From Moniliella sp. 'wahieum' (lineage: Eukaryota): DNA of 64,000 nucleotides. Under the pieces are notes generated by a model. That model was not told the DNA's origin. It did not search any database and saw only the letters and a program-made list of their open reading frames with translations. Positions 49,889 through 64,000 of the stretch are shown here, in pieces (positions within the stretch are counted from its first letter, which is position 1; every line of letters starts with the position of its first letter). A program made the position numbers and the translations under genes. The stretch spans positions 186,001 through 250,000 of the forward strand of contig RSEE01000032.1 in NCBI GenBank assembly GCA_003971905.1, written 5' to 3'.

Positions 49889-51922
49889 TCACTTCAGACG
49901 CTCAGACCGATACTCTTCATAGTACTCTGCGTCGTTTCCTTGTACTCCTTCACAATGTTAACATCGAGGGATTGCGGGGTCAGCGAGGTCAAATCGAAGA
50001 AAAGAACAGATGAACGCACATCGATATCATGGAAGAGCAGGTTGGAACGCAGTTGTCTGAAGTCGCAATGCGCTTGATTAGCACGTCTAGAGTGCCCCAT
50101 TTGAACCGACGCTGGAAGTGGAAACTTGTAGCCTCGCTAAATTCAGGAGCGTTCTTGCTCATCGACGGAGGCGAACGTCACTGTCCTGGTCATTCGTGAT
50201 GGAGGAGACAAGGGGCTCAGCCTCGGGCAACACCAATGCGTAGGGCCACTCTAGATCTGGATCAAAATGACAATGGTGTTTGCTAAGTTTCAAGGAGCGT
50301 CCAGGCCGTCCTCTTCCTCGTCCGACTCGTCCGACTCTTCCCCATCTGGGTCTTCCTCAGAAGAGTGAGTAGACCCAGGTCCTCAAATGAAGTGCGGATC
50401 CCTGCCGTGCACGCGCAGTCTCAGCTTCCGTCAACTGGTCTGCCTTGGCCAGAATTGGAATCACATTGGCCCTTGCGGCCAGACGCTGGACCACCCGGAC
50501 GTCGCTAGCGCACAGGCGCACGCCCACATCAGGATCGGGCACCGCGGCTTGGTTCGCCTTCGTCTTGGGCGGAGGGCGAGCAGGTACGAGGGACTTTGGA
50601 TCGATAAAGTAAAGAATGGCATGGATGTGGTTGTCCTCCTGCTTCGTCCGGCTGACTTTCACTTCTTCTCCCAGAGAGGAGGAAAATCGGCCCTGGATAA
50701 TCTCGAGCAAAGGCTGCAGGGCCAGCTCGACGGCCAACTCGTCTGCCGCCGATATCTTGCTGCCCGACATGCGCGGCAACTCAACCCCCGGGCAGTCAAT
50801 GATCGAGAGCTGCAGAATGCGCGAGGACCCACGGCGTGACAGAGATTGCACACTCGTTGTCGAAGGAGCATCCGATGCCTTGCGCAGTCGGTTCTCACTC
50901 GTGCCTCCACCCGAGGGTTTGACCGTAAAGTACGGTCCGCCTGGGCTTGAACTTGGAGGTCCAAATGGCTTTGTAGAACCCCGTCCAAGCCCTCAAGGCT
51001 GTCTCCGGCCTTGATCTCAATCCCGAGAGTGTCATGGGTTTCTGACTTTGGGCTTCGCGAGCCCGACGCGCCTTTCCAACCAGAGGGGTGTTGACCGTGG
51101 AACAAAAGCGGCAACATCTGTGCACGAGGAAGAAATGCAAGTCAGCTCTCTGACTTCACGCATATCCAACCTGCGTGAAGGATCTGAATGACAAAGACGC
51201 ACCCCGTTTAACCGACTCGTCACATAACGATAAGTCGCACGTCTCGAGGAACGTCTTGGCAAACGTGGACTTTCCTGAGCCTTTGGCTCCGGCCAAGACA
51301 ATGTTGAGCACGGTGGGGGCCTTGAACTTGCGGCGGATCACCTTACGCCCCGCATCCATGGCAGAGGGATTGCTTTGAGCAAGAAATGCCGAGGATGAAA
51401 TGGGAGGGTGGGAGCGTGTGGCCGAGGGGGGTGCTGTGCGACGTACATCCGTGGCGGATGAGCTGCCTGGCTGGCTATTGAGGAAGCCAAGGTCAATTCC
51501 GTTGGTGCTGGGTGTCGACGAAGGAGCAGAAGAGGTAAATGCGCCATGGATGGAAAACCGTTTGCCTTTGATACTGCCAGAGTCGAACGGCAAGGAGAAA
51601 GAGGTTCGGCGTGGGGGATACTGCCAATGCTGGCTGTTGTGGGGGCCCGACTTGCGGGCTGAGGCGAGGGGGGCCCGGGCTGATGGTTGCCTGCAACACC
51701 GCCGTTGAAAAGGCCGCTGCCAGTGCCAAATGGGAGAGAGAGCTTGAGGGAAGGCAAGCCTGGAAGCGCCGTGGACGGCTGCTCGTGGCTGGCAGGAGTG
51801 GAGCTGGGGGGGAGACGTCGGCGGTGCTAATGCTGCCCGGACGGGACTGGGAGCGGACGGGAGCGGGGGCGGAAGAGGGAGCGCGCCTTGGTCATGGCCG
51901 AATCTCTCCGGGAGCGCGACAT
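49889..51922 (-). CDS. Atypical septin-family GTPase with a long Ser/Pro-rich N-terminus (introns and indels)
   Basis: LNIVLAGAKGSGKSTF (G1), LSIIDCPG (G3), DNHIHAILYFIDP, D...QRLAARANVIPILAKADQLT (G4), HCDFRQLR and terminal YYEEYRSERLK-stop. Confidence 0.85.
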
Positions 51923-54900
51923 GATGGCGTGGGGGGGGGGGCTAGGCGAGGGGGAGCAATGTGGTGGTGGAGGGCACGAAGGAAGGGGCGCAGTAGGGTA
52001 TGGTGTGGCTGGTGGGGGGGCAATGATGATCATCGGTGAGGCATTCAGGCGCCAGACAGTACTAGGCGTGAAGCGGTAGGCGTCTGGCGTGCACGGTGGG
52101 CTGGTAGCCTATAAGGCGTATCAGGCGTATCAGGCAGGCATCATGCCTCCGGCCAGGGGAGACAGAGCAGGGCCGAGCTGCGGGACGGCCGCTGGTGGCT
52201 ACTCGCTGCTGTCGAGTAGGCGTTGGTGCTGGCTGGTGTTGGCCGTGCTGGCTGGTGCTGCTGCATTGGCCAGGGTCCCGTGGGCAGAGCGTGGCTCCTG
52301 TGCGGATGCTCCACTTTGGCCTGGCTGCGCACTGCCCCCTGCCTCCCGCCCGAGCTCCGGCGCTCTATCGCGCCGTGGGCTGTAGGCGCTGCGCCACCTG
52401 TCGCTTCGGCCAGCTGCAGGGGGGCAGTGTCCACTGGTTGGTGCCTGGCAGCCGCTGTGCCCTTGCCAATATCATGCATCGCATGCATCATGCATCTCCG
52501 CAGCGTACCTGTTCTCGTAGGCCACCGCGCTCAAGCCCAGGCTTCAAGCGCCGCTCGCCCGCACCAGCCCACAGCCCTAGCTTTCTGCATGTCCCAGACC
52601 CCTCGTTCTCCTCATCTCATCTTCCGCATAGCCTGTGCCCCTCCATATTGCTTGGCAAGCATCAGATGGACGTTGAATATGTTGAAAGTCCATGCACTTG
52701 AACGACGTAGTTCAACACAGCTCAATCCATCCCCATTGATATATAGCCCATCGCGTCTGCACACATAAGTCTCAAATCAACTGCATTGCAGTACCACAAT
52801 AAGCCAAACAATGCTCTGTCTGGGCTCTCGCTCTACTCAGCAGTGTCCATGCTCTCGGGATTATATACACGGCGATGGCGATGAGCTAGGAGTAACACGG
52901 GAGTTGCCTGGTCGGTCAAGGATGGATTGGAAAAGGATACTGTACAAAACGACGAAAGACGAAAAGAAAAGACGAAATGTAGACAAAGAAAATGATCACA
53001 TCACGGACACAGAAGAGCTCACAGACCACCTCGGCGGTACGAAAGAGACTTGATCCTATTAGTTTTTGCATATATCGATGGGAACATATGCTCTGTTTGA
53101 ACACAACGGAGCGCATGGGTTTGTTCAACGTTCAGACAAGCCAGCCTAGTCTTGATGTAGACTTAACCCAGGAAAGGGAGACAAAGGGAAAGGATGAGCT
53201 CGGAGGGGCTCGGCCACCCGCCGTCGCCTGTAACACAACATATATACACGTACTGTGGCTGCTGTACCCGGTGATGGGTCAGAACATGTGGAAGACATAC
53301 ATTGAGCCAACAACAGGAATGTAGGTGGAAAACGCTTTCGGAGTGGCTAGGGGACGATTGAGGGCAGAATTGGATTGCAAAATGTAGTAGGGTAGAGGAG
53401 GAGACAAATGCCCAAAATGAAGGAAGAAGATTATGCGGTGTTCTGTCGCTTGTTCTTGAAAAGCCGGGGGATTTTTCACCACAAGGCATGCATCACCGGC
53501 TTCGCCCCGTCTTGTATATGTTCTGAGTGACTAGTGATGATGATCGATCATGCCACATACCGTTCCCTTTCATGTATGCGCTCCGGGCTTGCAATCGCCT
53601 TGAAAACCTCTGGGTATATACACCCTGTGTGCAGTAAGTATTATATATTAGTCCACCTTTCTTAAAGAAGGGGGAAATATGTTACAGATTCTATATGTGC
53701 GGTGTGTTTTTGTGTGTTTTTGTGTGATGGAACGTTGAACAAAAAGAGCGTATCATTATGCGTTTGTTGAACGCTAGTGTGCCACATCGTCTGCATCTCG
53801 ACGCCCAAGAGAAAGCTCCTTTAATATGAATCTTGCTAAAGACTGGGATAAAGAAACGCAGCGCCTAAACCGACCTCCTCACACCCGACCTGTGTCGCTT
53901 GTTGTTGGCGCCAAACCCGATTATGAAAGCAGGGGACCCGCCAGTTGCTCAGGGCCCTCTCTCTTGCGCCCACACCATTCGTTTCCATTCCATATATCCG
54001 AGAGGGAGCGCGCGCGGATACAAATAAGGGTGGTTTTGGACATCTGAAGAGCGGTGAACCATCTCCAAGGGAGAGAGACTCTTCTTAAGTATGAAGGTAA
54101 TTATTTCTACAGTGTCCAAAAAATCGACACTGTGGAGGAGAGTGTCACAGTCGTGCTTCTTCCCAGGAACGATAATGTCACAGTCGGGGTTAAGGCGAGA
54201 GAAACCAGAATCGGGACTAATAGGCCAAGGGATGTAGCAATCGTTCCGTGGAGAAGAAGTAAGAGTAGAGGACACGGTGCGAAGTGGAAGAAACAGGGAA
54301 AGAGCAAGACGCTCGGGACGAAGAAATCGGAAATGGAGAGAGATCAGCCAAACGATGACAGAGAATGAGAGCTATATAGTAGAAAGTGACCCCTCAACTG
54401 TAAACCAACATGCCAACCCAGTTAGCGTCTAACTATATTGCCATGGAAGGGGGGAGGGGGTCGAGAAAAGGGGATATATGCAGCGAGAACAAATAAGTGG
54501 CGACAAAAAGCGTTCTTACGATGGATGCCCTGCGGTTCACTCAACACATACAGTTAACTACTAGTTTTAAGGCGAGTAGGCGGCAACAAAACGCAAGCTT
54601 CAATGACTCCTTGCATGCGCGTGAGATATGAGATCTGAGAGGTCAAGCTTTTCAAGCAGTCAAGACCAAGGTTCAATCATTAATCAGGCTAAGCGCCTGA
54701 ACCGCAGTGCTGTGCTGAGCCGCTGAGGCTCAGAGCGTCACAGGGTTTGGACCCATCACGGAGAAGGCGGTATTCAGTACTGAGTTATTGAGTGCTGTGA
54801 TCGATGATTGTTGACATGTTGACAGAAGAAACCCCGACTCGGAAGGATGGGATGGGATAACGCGCGATGACGGCTGCGGCGGCGAATTGTTGGAGACAGG

Positions 54901-55702
54901 GGGCATGAGTGTATCAGCTGACATGCGCAGCGAGGATCGGCGGGTGTCTGGTGGGTGGGGCGGGGCGGGGAACGGATAAGGAAGGTTACCGGTTACGCAG
55001 TTACGCGTTGCGAGCGCTCATGAATCATCGAGCAGGTGGGGTTTGTGCAGGCTTGGCCAGCCAGCGGATTGGGACCTTTGGTTACGCGTTGCGACGGCTG
55101 GGCGCCCAGATGGGGTGATGCGTGATGGCGCACTAGCCCACTGTGCCCAAGGCGTGTCAAGAGGCGGGTCAAGAGGCCGGCTAGCACAGGGCCAGTATGT
55201 GATGGGGAGTGGGCTTGTGCGCGGGGGCCGGGACAGTGGCGCGGGGAGCGCGTACTGGCGTCTGTGCTGGCGTGCGGGCTAGTGCCGCAGACGCTATCGT
55301 CAGGCGCGGCCCGACGAGGAACGCACGGTTAGACGGCCACGGCCACAACCACGCATCACCCGCTAGTCACTGCTGCCGCTGCCACCACTGCCACCACTGC
55401 CACCACCACCACCACAACTGCTGCGCAGGCCGAGATGGGAGACGAGCGCGGCATCCTCGGCGGCTGGATGCGTGCCGGCTGTTGCTGGCCGCCGCACCCA
55501 GCCCTGGGCCAGCCAGGCGAGCAGCGGGCGGCAGGGCTGACGTAAGGGAGGCGTGCACGGCGCCAGTGTGGGCGCGCACCGGGGCGGGGCGGCGGGGTCG
55601 GATCGGATGGATGCAGGCCCAGACGGCGGCCGCGGTGGCGAGCTGCGCACCCACACCTACTGGGCACTGGGCTGCATGCACGCCGCCACACTTGCGCCCG
55701 CC

Positions 55703-60245
<4,543 letters not shown>

Positions 60246-61630
60246 CCTTTGACTTTGGGAGGTACCCTTGTCCTTTCCTTCTGACACCAAACTCGACGCA
60301 CAAAATTGTTTAGATAAATGTAGCCGAGTGAAACTGGACCTTCTCCGTTAAGCGTCATTGGGCTGTTGACTGATGCGATTGTGTTCTGTATAATGGGGGG
60401 TTGATGGGTGGGTCAGGAGTTCTGAGAGCATGCAATGCGAGCGCTGTAGAGATGAGCGGGGCGGGTGAGTGGTCCGGCCACAGGTGCATCGTGCATGCAA
60501 ATCGGCCCGAGGGTTTTTGCAGTCGGGATACGAAATTTCGATGAAGCTAGCAGGGCATCAAGGCGGGGAGGGTGTACATGGTATTGGACGGTACGCAAGA
60601 TAGGCCGGAGACTGCCTCAGGGGGAGAGGCCTGCTAGCTAGGCCTAATGGGTTGTTCTGGGTTGCTCTCCGTAGTGCTCGTCCGAGGTCCGTCGGATACA
60701 TGTTGGTCTCCGGCGTCCCCACAGGGCCTCTCCCGTGCCACACTGGTGCATGTTTAGCCGGAGAGGGGATACGTGTGACCTGGAACAGGGGGTATGATAT
60801 CTAACCGGAAAACCAGTAAAGCTAGTAACTAGGTAACTAGTAATGAGCTAGTAATGGTTGCAAGTCGCAACGTAGGCTGATGTCAGACGGAGCAATCGCC
60901 GCTTTCAAGATCAGGCCCAGGAGGCCTCATCGACATCGATAAACGTACTACTGAACACTGCACCATTGAGCCCTGGGCTTGAAGCTCTCTGACATGTGAG
61001 GCGATGAGGCCTGGGGGAACAGGTGGGAACCTGGAGCTTCTTCCAGGAACTGGGAAAGGCCAGGAAAGCTGGGAAAACTCGAGGACTTTGTGCGAGGCGT
61101 CTTGCCTGGTCTTGCAGAATCTTGCTACAGAAGACGCGCAATGACGTATGACGCTTGACGTCGATAACGCGGATAAAGCGAACGGCAGCGGAGAAAGGCG
61201 ACGCGTGATGAAAAAATCAAGCTTCAAGCGCCTCCTGGGTGCTGGGAAGGTTCTGCTGCACGGCTCTCCTCTAACACGGCGGTGCGACAGCAACCAATGT
61301 CCGACGAATCGCGCTAGCAACTATCTGTTGCAACGTTGGAGGAAGCACACCAACGTAGCGCGTAGAACGTAGAACGTAGATAGGCAACCCCAGTACGCTT
61401 CCCCTTGCCTGCAATGGCGAACGTGGCGGCGCGTGACGTGTGACACTCGCGTGGCGTTCGGGGTGGCGCTTAGTGTGGCGCGTGGCCTGGCACTAGCGTG
61501 GCCCCGGGGCCCAGGTCACAAGGGTCCATGCCACAAACGGATGTTCCCTGCCAAGCGACCGCTGACATTTGACATGCGTGACACCAGTTGGCTGAACAAA
61601 TAGTGACGATACTGGTCACAAACGTCACTA

Positions 61631-61680
61631 CTTGAAGCTTGAAGCTTGAAGCTTGAAGCTTGAAGCTTGAAGCTTGAAGC
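61631..61680. repeat. Perfect (CTTGAAG)7 heptamer array
   Basis: Read directly from the sequence; every junction forms AAGCTT. Confidence 0.95.
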
Positions 61681-62642
61681 TCTAAGCAGTAAGGCCTAAG
61701 GGCCTAATGGGTTTCTAAGGCGATCAGGCCATTTGCGGAGGCTCAGCGGAGGCTCTGGAAGCGACAAGCTGCCGCTCAGGCCCAGGCATCGGGTGCTCTC
61801 GCCCACGTTTGAGCTTGATTCTGCTGTTCTTGTCGCGATTATTTCGATTGCGATTAGATTAGCGCTTTCGATTACCGCGATAAAAACCGATTGATCATCG
61901 ATCACTAATGTACGCCGGAATCACCGCCCGATGTTTGAGTGATACGCCGTGTACACTGGCGCTGGGCCGACCAGGGGTCTCTGTGCTCGGGTGCGTAGGT
62001 GCTTCCCCGATTGCGCCGGCGTCTTGCGTTGGTATACTCGTCTGGGCTTGTGAGGCTTGGCCTTTTCTTGCACTTGCAGCCGTGGGAGGTGGCCCACGGT
62101 CGGTGGCTGCCCTTGGTTGCCACGAGGTCATCGATCTTCCCAATGTCAAGGGCCTCAGGCCGTCCCAGCATGCAAGCGCCGTCTGCGTCACATTCACAGG
62201 CATGGGTGCATTTGGTGAGGGAGTTTCTGTGTGCCATGCCCTGCCATGCACGTCACCGGCCACAAATGATTGCACTTGGGTTTTGGAAGCAAGTAAGGAC
62301 ACAGTCGGTGGCGTTCTCTGGCGGCGCTTGTTGGCCGCGCTGAGGCGCAGAGCTTTGAAGGTTGCGTGAGTACCAGAGTGCTGATACCGAGCAGGACACT
62401 GAGGCACTGGCGTGTGACATGCGTGTGAACCCCAGCGTGGCTGCTCTCAGCCGTGAGACTCACGTGTCGCATGTCACTTGCACGGGTGACGTCAGTCACG
62501 CGTCGCGAAACACTGGGCAGCACGCCGCAGACCCCACTGCTGCGCCGCCGCGCCGCCACGGCAGCAGCAGCTCGCGCTCGGCCGAGACGCACAGTCGATG
62601 GCTGGTCCCCGCTGCTGCCCGCTGCTGCCCCTCCTCTGCGGC

Positions 62643-64000
62643 ATGGCGCCAGTACCCGCCGCACGCCGTGCTGCTCCAGCCTCCTTTGGCGCGTCCTTCC
62701 ATTCCATTGTCTACTTCTGCCCGACGCCCACCGGTCTGGTCGACCACCATCAACACCTCTCGCATCTTCTCCTTCTCCTTCTCCTTCTCCTCCCAGCCCT
62801 GCCCATCCTATCGGGACCATTTGTCCATCCTGCCCAGCATGCCCCAGCCGCAGCACGCCCACGCCCGCGCCCCTTCGGCCCCTGCTCTCAAGCACGCCGA
62901 GTGCCCCCCAGCGTCACCCCCTGACCAGAGCGAGCGGCGCATGCGCAAAGTAATGGCCCTAAATTCGTTCCCAGTCTCAAGCTCCGCCGTTTCGGCCGAT
63001 GCGCGGTCGCCACCGCCCCTGTTGACACGCCCAACACTGCCCCGCCCACGTCCGACGAATATGTGAATGCCCCACCCACGGCCTCCGCCACTCGAAGCGC
63101 ACACCCTCAGTCTCGTCCCCGCCCTCGTCCCCACCGCGATCAATCCACTGGGTCGACTGGGCGTGACACGTTACCACCACTCGCGCCGAGCGCTCCCGGG
63201 CGGGCAATCCCCCTCCTCGAGATCAATCCAGTCGAGCCGCACAACGGGAACGGCGAGAACAGCACGCTCTCTTTCGCCATGCCGCGCTTCATCCTGACCT
63301 GGCAGAGAACAGGGAGGAGTTGTCAGAAATGTGGATCATGCACTCTGTTAACGTGCTGAATACTACACACGACCCGCCTCGAGAGCAGCATCTACCTCGG
63401 TTGCTGCCTCTGCTTCCGCCCACGAGTGGAGTGAGTGGGGTGGGTTTGCGCGTCATGTCCCTCCGCGTCGGCCTTCGCCTTCGCCATCTTCCAAACCCAA
63501 TCTACGTGCCTCCATTGATTCCCAGCAAGAATCCGTCGGGTCAGAAGCCCAGGTTGGCCCACGGGCCATCCGCACTTCCTCAAGGCCCAGCTTCTCCTTA
63601 CTCGCTCCCCTCGTCCCTCTGTCGCTGGTTCCTCGCCCTTGACGCTGGATCCTGCCTCGTCGTCTCGGCTATCGATTTCACTCTCCCCCGACACGCATGC
63701 ACTAAGTCCAACTACAAGTCCAGGAACCAGTGTCGCTTCTGTCTCGGGAGCACTCGCGTCTTCCCCCCCAAAGCCCGAGCCGAGTCTGCTCGCGCGCTCG
63801 GCCTTGTTCCCCGCCGCGCCTCTACGCCCGACACGCCCACCCCCCGCCCCTCCCTGGACCCGCAGAACAGCGGGATGAAGGGTCTCCGTCGACCCACCCT
63901 CACTCCGTTCGCTCTGCCAGCTTGCCCATGTCGCCACTTGTTGAGCACGGCGAGTTGCCTCCCCTTACGAGGAGATTGAACAACCATTTTAGGTTGCCCC
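62643..64000 (+). CDS. Ser/Pro-rich hypothetical protein, probably continuing past the window end
   Basis: Chain of + ORFs with Pro/Ser bias downstream of a palindrome-rich upstream region. Start uncertain (62643 or 62839). Confidence 0.35.

Noticed and set aside
61631..61680. CRISPR array or cloning/polylinker artefact (tandem HindIII sites)
   Set aside because: There are no spacers or cas genes and the context is eukaryotic. Degenerate copies of many palindrome families are embedded in native flanks across the window.

Overview
Eukaryotic, GC-rich, intron-poor fungal DNA. GTACGT/GTGCGT/GTGAGT donors, CTGAC/CTAAC branch points and the protein sequences point to a basidiomycete, possibly Ustilaginomycotina-like (inference). 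Nearly every gene, including essential ones, is broken by 1-nt indels, often in homopolymers. This looks like an unpolished long-read assembly, so gene models are reconstructed across frames and some ends are approximate. Genes in order: a highly divergent ETF:ubiquinone oxidoreductase-like gene (cut by the window start); sulfide:quinone oxidoreductase running directly into mitoribosomal mL58/MRPL20; a homoserine-acetyltransferase-like alpha/beta hydrolase; a large low-complexity orphan; CYT1; ACC1; PEX13; three weak orphans; an HGGG-type esterase; an SLC25 carrier; an RPS9/RPL21/RPL39 cluster; an atypical septin; a Snf2/Sth1-type remodeler ATPase; and a partial orphan. Best candidate for something new: an apparent SQR-mL58 tandem mitochondrial polyprotein joined by an internal presequence-like linker with MPP-type motifs. 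Second: intergenic DNA repeatedly carries short tandem arrays built from a 6-bp palindrome plus 1 nt, in many different sequence families. No tRNA, rRNA, CRISPR array or recognisable transposon was seen.
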